From: a virus | IMG/VR virus record: IMGVR_UViG_3300036715_000213 | Coordinates: 11,997-75,996 of that record | Direction: 5' to 3' (one strand) | DNA: 64,000 nt | Shown here: piece by piece, positions 19,501 to 29,365 of the stretch | How positions within the stretch are numbered: position 1 is the first letter of the stretch | Layout of the letters: every line of letters starts with the position of its first letter | The notes under the pieces: model-generated | The model's database searches: none | What the model was told of the DNA's origin: nothing | Seen by the model: the letters and a program-made list of their open reading frames with translations, nothing else | Made by a program: the position numbers and the translations under genes

Positions 19501-20891
19501 GCAAAACAACCAGTAGCACCGTCTTGTTCATAACGGTTTGTGATGATTGGATTGTAGCTATTGTCAGCCGTATAATACCATGTTTCCATAGTAAAATCAC
19601 CAAGACCGAGAACAGGTCCTTGACTTGGCGGTATAACGAAACACGACCCAGTAGAGCCGTTCGACTTTAATGAAGAACCACCGAACTTAGATTGGTTAGT
19701 CGATATCGATGCACCGCTTGTATAACGACTAATTTTCTTATTGCCGTAGTTCTTGATTATGGTGCTGTTATTAGCACCGTCGCCATGCAACATCAAAACA
19801 ACATCACTTAGGTATGGATCGTTATTTGAATAAGGTACTGTTGGTAGTGTGAAATTGGCACTATAACGAGCAGTACCAAGTGTTAGGCGGTACTCATCAA
19901 GTCCACCAGACCCCATACTGCTTGAATCTGGATCACCATTAATCCATGTATTACTTGGAATTCCTGGATATCCTGTTGCAGTATTGAAACCATATGGTCC
20001 AGACACGTTCGATTTTAAAATTCCATCAATGAAGAACTTAATTGTATTTCCGGCGCGCACAATAGCATAATGGACCCAATTTGTGCTGGACACAGTAGTT
20101 ACGACACAAGAAAACTCTTGAAATGCGTAACCGTTAGCTGGTCCCCATTGTTGATAAATTAGACGTGCAGTTGTTGTTGATTGGCGATCGAGCGATGCTA
20201 AGTAGCCGCTCGATCCAGTGTGACGCCCTAAAAGTGTTCCATTGTATGCTGGAGATGCCCACCCCTCAAGGGTGAAGTCAGTGTTGAGGTCAATTAGTCC
20301 CGGCTCAATTCGTGATGAAGTATCGAACAGAATCGACGACCCGCCAAACTTTGAGTCAGCGGTTGTGATTTTTGTGTTACCAACAACCGTTAGATTTGTG
20401 GATGTATCAGCTTCGTTTACAGCGTATGCAGTTCCATCAGCAGCATTCCCGCGCATTAGCAACCAAACGTTATTCCAATAAGCATCACCGCTAATAATGT
20501 TAGCACCTGGAGGGGTAAATCCAATGCTTGATATTGACCGGAAAAACGATTGCGCCCCGGATGTTGAACCAACTGACGTGGTTAATCCATTACCAGTAAT
20601 AGCAAAGGTAGATGTACTGCTAGTTGCAATCGTTCCAACAGCAGTTGTAGATACGCTGCCGGTTAACGCATTCACATATCCAACTAATGGGAAACTAACA
20701 AGTTGTCCGGTAGCAGTATTTCCGGTAATCGGGAACGAGCTAGTTGTAATCGTTGGCGTTATAACACCGGTTTGTCCAAGAATAATAACCGATGAAAAAA
20801 TTGGGGTGGACGGATCATTACCACCGAAGAATAGCGGCGTTGGTGTACCCGCTATTGGGGTACTATTGAAAAATAGATTTGTATCAGCCAT
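16560..20891 (-). CDS. Large virion adhesin-like protein with three LamG/ConA-like modules and T/G-rich repeats
   Basis: Repeated DxY..V..KFGGSS..DFT.E.W..W.H.A..R.T.G..RY modules; many LTG/ITG..G.VG repeats. Confidence 0.7.
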   Translation of the reverse strand: MADTNLFFNSTPIAGTPTPLFFGGNDPSTPIFSSVIILGQTGVITPTITTSSFPITGNTATGQLVSFPLVGYVNALTGSVSTTAVGTIATSSTSTFAITGNGLTTSVGSTSGAQSFFRSISSIGFTPPGANIISGDAYWNNVWLLMRGNAADGTAYAVNEADTSTNLTVVGNTKITTADSKFGGSSILFDTSSRIEPGLIDLNTDFTLEGWASPAYNGTLLGRHTGSSGYLASLDRQSTTTARLIYQQWGPANGYAFQEFSCVVTTVSSTNWVHYAIVRAGNTIKFFIDGILKSNVSGPYGFNTATGYPGIPSNTWINGDPDSSSMGSGGLDEYRLTLGTARYSANFTLPTVPYSNNDPYLSDVVLMLHGDGANNSTIIKNYGNKKISRYTSGASISTNQSKFGGSSLKSNGSTGSCFVIPPSQGPVLGLGDFTMETWYYTADNSYNPIITNRYEQDGATGCFAWYFDTGSGMSFHELTRSPDKNVACTFTFSTNTWYHLAVTRTSGIFRMFVNGVQLVADTLRLSGNPVTCDFTLQPYYTSFGGLIQYQQSLCYMDDVRITIGVSRYTGGDFSVPGTEPQLFSGTGSDPYWLNVNTQLSFDSNYTDDSLSAKTITPNSTIISATQSKFGGTSLNTNYSYISIPNADNAWDFTSASVYTLDYWIYLLDASTDTQWIGSGYGTFTMGIASGKIQISKPLIATVITGTTTINTNQWYHIAVAQDNESIRLYVDGVLNGTTAPTTFQPSGSAINVGGNPTYSLSSNMYIDDFRLTTGVSRYLDLDIKTSINSVFLGNQTQLSNMSLNTAIGIITTQQTPSAIIGQTGFLTAQQALNRALNGVQTVVNLGTYNIGTEIFPAGVFSTGQVGTVTVGANSYFVTGVSSAGQRGTILAKSDLTRALTGNQFNGATGYVIGSLQVNLTGNGSFFAINSMQLQANISNAAVGTVGNITVTSNYTRAITSVLGVGLPGGFYQLFLTPLTGVELTRNVGNITTSLTQNYATANVSVTGIGSLVSTNTQVKALNSQSYRSLTTLYAGTISPTNTTLLTGVSNTNDVGSFTTSVTENFAAGISSTLAVGTIRLQNDGLLALFGSSMLGYTGILISTKFANLTGNQSSIVPGFINTRQSIGVKADCRVGSVVTSQDCVTLLNSSQSNTGIGSVRNYKYSPLTGIESTLSSNSLVDTHSYGVRAVCQINAMDFFVLKSEYPSGNHSTGQTGVVFATQTVALVGTTFNGLINNYADVQHSLGVQSISSVGSVKFVRSFSLIGNERNTSVGNVGFRQDYMRTLVGNSSTGKLYKALEPDVIELGEHHEVEIPRGYSLTLEGEFSFIQSFECINCSSPVIEVYHRDNRAWIRLNTPGSFEDSKLYYVDQKGNYGEALFYKDVPADNDIYKIEANKVLRLEFEMKGIYDDGGPLIPITRTYLINIVVDHSFDRDLVGSGTIT

Positions 20892-20898
20892 CTACTAT

Positions 20899-23800
20899 TT
20901 AAGTAGATGTTGGGAACGGTGTGATTAGCGGTTTAAATGCAGCCGTGTAACGAGCAGTCTTGCTAATGCGAACTTCGTCAATATAACCATTCCAGTTATT
21001 GCTGTTTGGTTGCCCAGATTCGTAACCAACTAGTAAAGGACGACCATTATCTACTATAGTTGGTTTAGCAGCACTGGTTGTCAAAGCGCCATTAACATAT
21101 AGTGAGACTGTTCCGCCGCTATTGACTACAGCAATATGATACCAACGTTTTGGGACCATAGTAACACCAGATGCGTATGTTGTTCCTGTTGCTGATAGAT
21201 TATTACCACCAACAGTAGCTTGAATCAATCCAGCTGGCGTGATATAGATTGTATATTGTGGGTATGCAGTACCTGATGCACCATCTTTATTAATGATGTA
21301 CATGTTAGTAGCTGACTGAGTATCTAACCATGTCCACAATTCAATAGTAAAATCACCAGTAGTCAGACTCAATAATGAATTATGTGGAATACTTAAATAA
21401 CTCCCAATACCGTCACAGTATAATGATGAACGATCAAAACGTGCTTGTAAGTTTGTTGTCTTTGCGTTGCCAATAGCAGTCACAGTATTAATAGCAGTAG
21501 CATCACTAAATGTTGTCCCATTTACTGTACCATTCATCTTCAGTAGCAAGCTATTAGTTCCAAATTGTATATCGTTGTAGCTTGGGATAATTGGCGATAG
21601 CTTATCAATTAGAGTAAATCCAGTGGTATAGCGACCAATACCCTTAGTGATACGAATGTCATCCATATATCCACCAAAGAAATTACCCGAACCGTCATCA
21701 TCTCTTCCGATTGATAGTTGATATGTACTTGTTAGATTATACGACGAAGTAGTTGTAGCAACTTGTATTCCATCAATAAATGCGTACATTGTTCCGGAGG
21801 TACGTGAAATGGCTAAGTGGTGCCACACGTCATTAGTTGGTGTAGTCCAAGTCATTAGAGTATTTGGACCTTGCAATTCTTGGAAATTGCTGTAGTTTAA
21901 TCGGAACGAACCTGCACCAGCACCGCCAGCGCGCTTACACATGTAGGTACCGTTACCAAGTCCGGTAACACGATAGAACCAAAACTCAATAGTAAAATCG
22001 CCAGTACCAAAGTCAAAATCGGTATTTGAGGGAACAGTCAAGCCTGAATCGTTTGACAATGATGCTAACGAAGTTGTCCCAAACTTTGTAATGGTAGTTG
22101 ATGTTGTTGGGCTACCAACTGTTCCGATTGTCTTAGTATAACGGCTTGCATCTTTAAATGATGTACCAGAATTAACACCCTCACAATCTAGCAATAATGA
22201 TACATTCTCAAAGTATGTATCGGATGGGACTGCTTGATGAAAATCACTTGGTGCTTGATATGAAGTAAAATTAGCAGTATAACGAGCAATACCTTTAGTG
22301 ATGCGGAAATCACTCATATAACCGTTATAACAAAATCCAGTGCTATAGTAAGCACCGATAGTCAAGTAAGTGTTTGCTCCAGATAGTGTTCCAGTAAATG
22401 TGGAATCAGTTCCAATCGATACACCATTCTTATAGAATGTGAATGTGTCACCAACTCGTATTAGTGCATAATGAGCCCAGACATTTGCTGTTGGGACATT
22501 AGATGATATTAATACGTTGGTTGTATTGTGGTAAATCAGCCAACCTGTTGTTCCATCATTACCGATAGCTACACCGTCAACAAATGGGCTACCAGCAGTA
22601 AACACGGTATTTGATATATGGAAACGACCGCGGTTAGCTGCGTCGGATGGGCGCTCCCACCACTCAATAGTAAATGCGTCAGATCCCAGATTAAAGTCTT
22701 GGTGGCTTGCGTATTGTACATAGCACCCTGCTCCACTAAAATAGTTTGCATTACCAAACTTCCCGTCTAGTGAATTAAGAACTGTTCCAAATATCGTTGG
22801 AGTCTTTGTAACTGGACTAATATCATTAGCTGTCCCATTGTCTTGCAGATAACTAACATTGTCTTTAAAATATGGGTCAGCAATAACACGCATATTGTTG
22901 GCGTATTCTATTGGTGGTGTAAATGTGGTAGTATAACGAGCAACACCTTTAGTGAATCTAAAATCGTCTATGTATCCAAGGAATGGTAATTCACCAGCGG
23001 ATGCTAAAGCACCAACCGCAAATGGTTGTGCTGACTGATAATCAAGTCCCGCACTAAACGATATTGACATATCTGAAACACCATTGATATAAGCTGTATA
23101 TGTGCTAGCAGTTTTTACAAATGCAACATGAACCCATGTATTTGTTGGGATAGTAGCTATTGATAATTGACGGTCAACGTAACTTTGACCGATGATTACC
23201 CCACCGGTATATAATTGACCTGTATTTCGTATGTAAAAACACCAACCCGAGCCCGAACTATTAGCTCGTGCACCACAAATACCATAATGGTTTGACGCAT
23301 TAGGTACATTAATCCATGCTTCAACAGTAAAATTGCCACCAGCAGATAAATCAAATGCACTTACATTTGGTGTTGTTATATAACTTGAGCCATCAAATGT
23401 TAAAGAACTGCCACCAAATTTACTCTGTGTTGTGCTGATTTTTGCATTACTAACAGTTGTAAATGTTTTAGAAACAGGAGACTTGTCAAATATCGTTGTT
23501 TGATTGTTAGCACCATTAGCATTAACTGCTAATGATACGCTTGTAAAATATGTATCATATGAATATTCGTCTAGTGTCGCAGTAACACCGCTGATACCAA
23601 TAGTCGTAAAATTACCAGTCACGCTTGCATACAGATATAGGATATCAGGAATATATGGAAGTTGATTCGATGCGATAACAGAATTGTATTGTCCAGTGTA
23701 ATCATAACCTAGCACAGTATAACGGTGGTACGGGTTCAAATTACTGAATTCGTAATAACCAGTTACTGGGGCAGATATAGCAGATGCAACAATTGTATTA

Positions 23801-24714
23801 GTCGATTCATCTAAACACATCACTTTACGCGCATCAAAATATGATGGAGTGCCCTTAATAAGAGTAGTACCAGTGATTAGACCAAATCTGAATTTTGTAG
23901 TTAGCGTATTATTTTTAAATTTATCAGTGCTGACAGATTCAGTTTTTACTGCTAGATTATCACTATTGATCAACGGATCAAAGTCAGCCATTGTTTTGTT
24001 CTTACTCAAGAACGTGGTAACTGCTTTATGTGTTGGATTGCTTGGAGACACATAACCAGTAGTTTCACTTAATTTGAAATTAGCTGGTGAATTATCAGTA
24101 AATGCTATAAGCGCAGTTTGTGGAGCATCCCATACCTTTACTGAGTAAACTCGTGTGCTACATTGATTAATATAAACTGCGGGCCGGAATGATGTAATAG
24201 CACCAAAGTACGAATATACTAATTTAGTGTCAACACGAATTTCAATTGTTGGTTTTTTAGCAGCTATTCCACCTGTTGAATCCCAACGCATATTAATAAC
24301 GCGCCGATCGGCAACTGTATTAAATTGTAGCAAATTTAGTGAATTTGGGATGTTTGCGTTTACTGCATTACCAGCCCATGATGTGCCACCAGTCCAAGTC
24401 TGCAGAGTCCAGTTAAATGCATTATGTGTAAATGATACACCGTTAGAAACTGCGGCTGCACCAGTCACTAACCATAATCCAGCATATCCCCCAGCATTTT
24501 GTAATGCAAGTATACCAATATCAATCTCAGCTTCTCCTGTTGAGTACAATGATGAAGAAGTGATATCCCAAAGATTTTGTGCTGCTGTAGAATTTGCTAA
24601 GTCGTAAGAAACACCCGCATTGTATGTTGCGGTTAGAGTCCCAGATTGTGCTCGAATTGTTGCAAAAGACCCACCTGGATCGGATGCGAAATTCTGATTA
24701 ATTATTAATGCCAT
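20899..24714 (-). CDS. Virion adhesin-like protein with four LamG/ConA-like modules
   Basis: Modules end RFTKGVARYT, RITKGIARYT, RITKGIGRYT, RISKTARYT. Confidence 0.7.
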   Translation of the reverse strand: MALIINQNFASDPGGSFATIRAQSGTLTATYNAGVSYDLANSTAAQNLWDITSSSLYSTGEAEIDIGILALQNAGGYAGLWLVTGAAAVSNGVSFTHNAFNWTLQTWTGGTSWAGNAVNANIPNSLNLLQFNTVADRRVINMRWDSTGGIAAKKPTIEIRVDTKLVYSYFGAITSFRPAVYINQCSTRVYSVKVWDAPQTALIAFTDNSPANFKLSETTGYVSPSNPTHKAVTTFLSKNKTMADFDPLINSDNLAVKTESVSTDKFKNNTLTTKFRFGLITGTTLIKGTPSYFDARKVMCLDESTNTIVASAISAPVTGYYEFSNLNPYHRYTVLGYDYTGQYNSVIASNQLPYIPDILYLYASVTGNFTTIGISGVTATLDEYSYDTYFTSVSLAVNANGANNQTTIFDKSPVSKTFTTVSNAKISTTQSKFGGSSLTFDGSSYITTPNVSAFDLSAGGNFTVEAWINVPNASNHYGICGARANSSGSGWCFYIRNTGQLYTGGVIIGQSYVDRQLSIATIPTNTWVHVAFVKTASTYTAYINGVSDMSISFSAGLDYQSAQPFAVGALASAGELPFLGYIDDFRFTKGVARYTTTFTPPIEYANNMRVIADPYFKDNVSYLQDNGTANDISPVTKTPTIFGTVLNSLDGKFGNANYFSGAGCYVQYASHQDFNLGSDAFTIEWWERPSDAANRGRFHISNTVFTAGSPFVDGVAIGNDGTTGWLIYHNTTNVLISSNVPTANVWAHYALIRVGDTFTFYKNGVSIGTDSTFTGTLSGANTYLTIGAYYSTGFCYNGYMSDFRITKGIARYTANFTSYQAPSDFHQAVPSDTYFENVSLLLDCEGVNSGTSFKDASRYTKTIGTVGSPTTSTTITKFGTTSLASLSNDSGLTVPSNTDFDFGTGDFTIEFWFYRVTGLGNGTYMCKRAGGAGAGSFRLNYSNFQELQGPNTLMTWTTPTNDVWHHLAISRTSGTMYAFIDGIQVATTTSSYNLTSTYQLSIGRDDDGSGNFFGGYMDDIRITKGIGRYTTGFTLIDKLSPIIPSYNDIQFGTNSLLLKMNGTVNGTTFSDATAINTVTAIGNAKTTNLQARFDRSSLYCDGIGSYLSIPHNSLLSLTTGDFTIELWTWLDTQSATNMYIINKDGASGTAYPQYTIYITPAGLIQATVGGNNLSATGTTYASGVTMVPKRWYHIAVVNSGGTVSLYVNGALTTSAAKPTIVDNGRPLLVGYESGQPNSNNWNGYIDEVRISKTARYTAAFKPLITPFPTST

Positions 24715-26118
24715 TTAGTACCATGGACCAGTAATATCAAACGCCACACGGCTTGCTGGGTATGATACATAGCCAACCCCACCCTGTGCTGTGTAGGTTT
24801 GAACATACATAAATTTTCTACCGGCGAAGTTTGATACTGTATCAATAATAGCATGATCATATAACGGTTGGTTATTTGCTGAGAACATTATGCCCGGCAT
24901 TGTCCCACGTAAACAGTTTCCAGTTACTCCAGGTGCTGTGCCAACTAGATAATACGGAAACAGAATAAAAGAATAATCAGAACCATTAACTGCTGGCACA
25001 CCAGTTGCCGCCCCAGAAACGGCTTGTAGTGTAGTAATACCACTATACGATGTGAATGCGACATTATTATTTAGCCCAGGAGCAGCTCCTAGTGGATCAC
25101 GTAAAGTAACTTTACCAGCAAAATTCAAATTTAGCGTTGAATATGTTTGATAATCAGCTGCATTATTGGGATAGCTAAAATTAGCTGTTTGATACATATC
25201 AGTTGCAGTCAAAACTGCATTATATGTATCTCCCGATTTATTACTAAGGAAATCGGTGAAAGTGTACATGACTTTACCGTAGGCTATGGTGCCAGCAATT
25301 GTGCCGTTTCCTGGACCATAATCGACAAACAAATAAAATCCGCGATCATCACCAACTAATGACCATGCTCGATTACCAGAAGTCTCAGCATTTACTGACC
25401 CAACCGCTGATGCTTGTGCCATAAATCCTGCATTGGTAGATGGAATGCCTGTAGTATAGTACCAAATGCTAGTAAACCATTTATACCAACCATTAACCGC
25501 AGTCGCACCAGATCCTGTTCCTACTCTGTTTTTAGTTGGTAAATTAGGATCAAAAGGTGCTGGCGTACCAACTGGAGTATCAATATCGGAATATGACGAT
25601 GCCATTTCTACCTTACCGAATTTAGCATAGGTTGTAGTCCATACCGCATCCAGAGAATTATCAATACGTAGACAAATGCCAGTGCTCGCTGGATTGTTTG
25701 ATTTAAATACTCGCTTATTAGTACCAGTGAATAATGTTGTGAAACCATAACCGTTGGATGCAGTTTGCAAACCTGGAGTCTTCATTAATATTGTTCCGGT
25801 TGCTGGACTAGTCGGGTTGTTTAAAATATCAAAAGTAACAGTAGTGGATGTTATTGACTTCACACGGAAATCACCATTAAAGTCAGCTTGAGCAGCGCCC
25901 GAAATATTGATAATTTGATCAACTAGGAATCCGTGCCCTGCTGCTAGAGTTGCGATTGCGACGTTACTAGTTTGAGTAAGAGTAGTTACTGTTTGGCTGT
26001 TAAATCCATTGATTAAAACTGCGTCCAGGAATGTAGTTAGCGAGCCCCATGCTGCTGTGATTGTTGGCGCATTCTTCATTAAAGAATGCGACCATTTTAC
26101 GGGAAGAAATTGACCCAT
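24715..26118 (-). CDS. Tail fibre/receptor-binding-like protein, paralog 3 of 3
   Basis: PVKW..M..AP, LDAVLINGFN, GWYKW, GDDRGFY, C-terminal AFDITGPWY. Confidence 0.65.
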   Translation of the reverse strand: MGQFLPVKWSHSLMKNAPTITAAWGSLTTFLDAVLINGFNSQTVTTLTQTSNVAIATLAAGHGFLVDQIINISGAAQADFNGDFRVKSITSTTVTFDILNNPTSPATGTILMKTPGLQTASNGYGFTTLFTGTNKRVFKSNNPASTGICLRIDNSLDAVWTTTYAKFGKVEMASSYSDIDTPVGTPAPFDPNLPTKNRVGTGSGATAVNGWYKWFTSIWYYTTGIPSTNAGFMAQASAVGSVNAETSGNRAWSLVGDDRGFYLFVDYGPGNGTIAGTIAYGKVMYTFTDFLSNKSGDTYNAVLTATDMYQTANFSYPNNAADYQTYSTLNLNFAGKVTLRDPLGAAPGLNNNVAFTSYSGITTLQAVSGAATGVPAVNGSDYSFILFPYYLVGTAPGVTGNCLRGTMPGIMFSANNQPLYDHAIIDTVSNFAGRKFMYVQTYTAQGGVGYVSYPASRVAFDITGPWY

Positions 26119-26121
26119 CTG

Positions 26122-27450
26122 TTACCACCATTTAAAGTTATTTGACGGATCGCCAGTTATATCAAATGCTATTCTTATAACGTTACCATTTTGTAACCAA
26201 CCTAAAGACACGATAAAAAATGTACGACCAGCATACCCAGCAACATTTATAACAGTATCACGATTATTGAACGGACTATTGTTATTCATTATCCAAAATA
26301 GCCCAGGCATCATTCCGCGTATTGACCCACTACTACCGCCTCCAGAATCTTGTAACGTTACTGGAAAGAAATTTGCGCCGCCAGTAACTGGATCCGGATA
26401 CGCCATACCAGTTGCGTAGCCGGGTGTCTCCTGCGTCGCAAGGCCTTGGAATGTATTAAGAACCCCTTTACATGGAACTGTAGAAGTCACATCACGCATT
26501 ATCCATTTTCCACTTGTATCGTTTGACAAACAAAAATTAGAGTATGGATTTGGTCCACCAATACTACTATAACTCCATGTTCCAGAATTTGCTGCGATTT
26601 GAAGATCGGTTGCTTGGAAGAACGTGTTATAAATGTCGTTAGTCCGAAATGATGGGAATTCTGTGAAAGCATAACCGGCTTTTCCGTATGAGAAGTTAAA
26701 CTCTGTGAAGAAATAGAACCCGCGGTCATCACCAACAATAGTCCACGATCTATTACCTGAAGAAGGTGTTGTTGATTCTGAGTTATTTGATGCATCAGCA
26801 CGAGCATAGTACCATTTGTGCCATCCAAGCTGGGCAGTAGCACCAGATCCGGATTGAATAGTTTGATTTGCGGCTAGTGAATTTGTAATTGATGTTGAGA
26901 ACGGGATGTAATCAATACCTGTTGGTGTAAATCCATCTGGTTTGAAAGCAGGTGCTACCCCAACGCGCGCAAACTTTGCATATGTACCTGTCCATCCAGC
27001 ATCAAGAGAATTGTCAACACGCAATTGTGGTTTTGTGCTACTTGAATTGGTACTACGATAGATACGGATGTTTGTTGCACTATATGTGATTTCAAATGTC
27101 AGCGGTGCTGTAATAGTATTTGGCGTTCCAGTAGCAAGAGTGGCTGGCAATCCGGTAACTGCAAATGTTAGTGTAGTAGATGTTGGTACTGATACTACAC
27201 GTTGTTCACCGTTGTATTCAGTCTCATTACAGCCCGACACTTTGATAATTTGATCTTGCAGATAACCATGCGCTGTTGCGTATGTAGCAGTTGCAACAGA
27301 TCCAGATCGAGAAATAGTAGTCGGATTGAGCGAATTAAATCCGTTAACAAGAACTGCATCAAGCATTGTTGTTAAAACGCCGTGAGCATCAGATAGCTGC
27401 GGCGCGCCCGCCATTCCAGAGTGGAAATATTTTACTGGATATGTTGCCAT
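26122..27450 (-). CDS. Tail fibre/receptor-binding-like protein, paralog 2 of 3
   Basis: Same motifs: LDAVLVNGFN, GWHKW, GDDRGFY, AFDITG. Confidence 0.65.
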   Translation of the reverse strand: MATYPVKYFHSGMAGAPQLSDAHGVLTTMLDAVLVNGFNSLNPTTISRSGSVATATYATAHGYLQDQIIKVSGCNETEYNGEQRVVSVPTSTTLTFAVTGLPATLATGTPNTITAPLTFEITYSATNIRIYRSTNSSSTKPQLRVDNSLDAGWTGTYAKFARVGVAPAFKPDGFTPTGIDYIPFSTSITNSLAANQTIQSGSGATAQLGWHKWYYARADASNNSESTTPSSGNRSWTIVGDDRGFYFFTEFNFSYGKAGYAFTEFPSFRTNDIYNTFFQATDLQIAANSGTWSYSSIGGPNPYSNFCLSNDTSGKWIMRDVTSTVPCKGVLNTFQGLATQETPGYATGMAYPDPVTGGANFFPVTLQDSGGGSSGSIRGMMPGLFWIMNNNSPFNNRDTVINVAGYAGRTFFIVSLGWLQNGNVIRIAFDITGDPSNNFKWW

Positions 27451-27451
27451 C

Positions 27452-28780
27452 TTAGTACCAAGGTCCTGTTAAATCAAATGCCATATTGGCGCGTGCAATA
27501 TAATTGTTGGTACCGCTCGCACTTTGGCCCACTGCTGGTTGTACGTTCATATATAATCTTCCATCATTACCATACCATTGCATATGTTCGGGAATTGATG
27601 TATTTATGTTACCAATCATATATTTTATGCCGGGCATTTTTCCTCGGATAAAACCACTTGTGTTTTCAGAAATAAATAAATCAGCAATCATGAAATTATT
27701 GTCAATCTTACTTGGGAATGTCACATTAGTCTGGTATCCGCTAATTGGCCAAAGCGTGCCTGGATTAAATGCTAATGTATCAATACTTTGGAACGATACT
27801 TGAATTGGTAAACCAGTGTTGGTATAATCTTTCATGACTATTTTACCCGAGCCAGTTGCCTTTAATGTATGCATCCAGCAACCTGAATCAGTTTGATTGT
27901 ATGCGCCGATATTCGCATTTGCAGCCGCATATCGTTCAGTTGCACATAGAATGCTGTTGTATTTGTCGCTACCCTTGAAGCTGATAAAGTCAGTAAAACA
28001 GTATCCGCCCTTACCTATGTTTTGCTGAAACTCATTCATCAAGTAGAAGCCACGACTATCACCGATGATTGTCCATTGTTTAGCAGATGTTTGATTACCT
28101 AGAGATTCTGTTGTATTGCTACCGCTGTTCCATGCTAACCAAGAGTAATACCATTTATACCAACCGTTAACTACCGTTGCACCAGATCCACTTGACACCC
28201 AATTCTTTGTTGGGCTGATAATATCAAACGGCATTTGATTTCCAGTGAATGTGTCAATATCAGTCATTGTATCAGCAACGCCGACTTTAGCATACTTACC
28301 GTAAGCACTTGAATAGTTTGCGTCAAGAGCATCATCAACACGCAGATATTGTTGAGTACCTGCTATATCAGAACTACGGTAAACACGCTTGTTTGTTCCA
28401 CTGAAAGCAATAGTAAATCCAAGTCCGGGAGTTTTCATCGTCAGAGTGCCAGTAGCAGCTAACATACCAGCTGGATTTGCTACTAGAGTAACTGTAAACA
28501 GATTTGTAGTTGATGTGCTAGTAACACGGAACTGACCAACATAAGCATCATCAGAAGCGCCTATCAACTCAACTACTTGGTTAATTTGCATACCATGACT
28601 AGTAGCAGTAACTACTGCACTTAATGGTCCTTGCATCACAATACTAGTTACTGATAGAGTATTGAAACCGTTAACCAAAACTGAATCAAGTGCGTTTACC
28701 AAATCGCCATTGCTGTTATTGATAACAGGCGAACCTTGCATTGTATTATTGTACCATTTGACTGGAAGTGTAGTAGGCAT
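27452..28780 (-). CDS. Tail fibre/receptor-binding-like protein, paralog 1 of 3
   Basis: Same motifs: LDSVLVNGFN, GWYKW, GDSRGFY, AFDLTGPWY. Confidence 0.65.
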   Translation of the reverse strand: MPTTLPVKWYNNTMQGSPVINNSNGDLVNALDSVLVNGFNTLSVTSIVMQGPLSAVVTATSHGMQINQVVELIGASDDAYVGQFRVTSTSTTNLFTVTLVANPAGMLAATGTLTMKTPGLGFTIAFSGTNKRVYRSSDIAGTQQYLRVDDALDANYSSAYGKYAKVGVADTMTDIDTFTGNQMPFDIISPTKNWVSSGSGATVVNGWYKWYYSWLAWNSGSNTTESLGNQTSAKQWTIIGDSRGFYLMNEFQQNIGKGGYCFTDFISFKGSDKYNSILCATERYAAANANIGAYNQTDSGCWMHTLKATGSGKIVMKDYTNTGLPIQVSFQSIDTLAFNPGTLWPISGYQTNVTFPSKIDNNFMIADLFISENTSGFIRGKMPGIKYMIGNINTSIPEHMQWYGNDGRLYMNVQPAVGQSASGTNNYIARANMAFDLTGPWY

Positions 28781-29365
28781 TTAAATTAACTCTATTTGTA
28801 AGCGAAGTCCCTGACTTGGTCCAACTCGCTGTAATTGTCTTTTGCTATTACCAACAAAGTACTCAATATCATATCGATCACGTTGACGACGGTAATACAC
28901 TCTATTATTTAACGTATAGACAAACATAACATCCGAGTTTTGATTATAAAAATCACGACTATCATCAACACAGACTCGGCATGCTGTTGCTCCAGGAAAA
29001 GAACGAGTAATGAAGTTCTGCGTCAGTGTATCACGATAATACATGTAACATCCGTCATCTTTCTTCCAAGCGATAACCTGACTCATGTTATTGTCAAACG
29101 CACATGACACTGATCGAACGTCGTTTTCAGAACGGGTCCACACGATGTCACCATCAGCAGGCTTCAAACGGATTACATTATCTACATACGAAACATTCCA
29201 TAGCTTGAACATACGACCGCGAGAGCCATCACCCAAATTTATTCCACCGAGAATGTTCTGCGAATACGGAGTGTATTTCTCATTGTATGGAGCAAGGAAT
29301 GTACTTGGGACTGGGACATCAGTCCACTCATGCGTACCACTTCCATCAACATGTTGTGGAATCAA
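28781..29365 (-). CDS. Putative tail-associated protein
   Basis: Translationally coupled in the fibre cassette; YYRRQRDRYDIEY motif. Confidence 0.55.
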   Translation of the reverse strand: MIPQHVDGSGTHEWTDVPVPSTFLAPYNEKYTPYSQNILGGINLGDGSRGRMFKLWNVSYVDNVIRLKPADGDIVWTRSENDVRSVSCAFDNNMSQVIAWKKDDGCYMYYRDTLTQNFITRSFPGATACRVCVDDSRDFYNQNSDVMFVYTLNNRVYYRRQRDRYDIEYFVGNSKRQLQRVGPSQGLRLQIELI

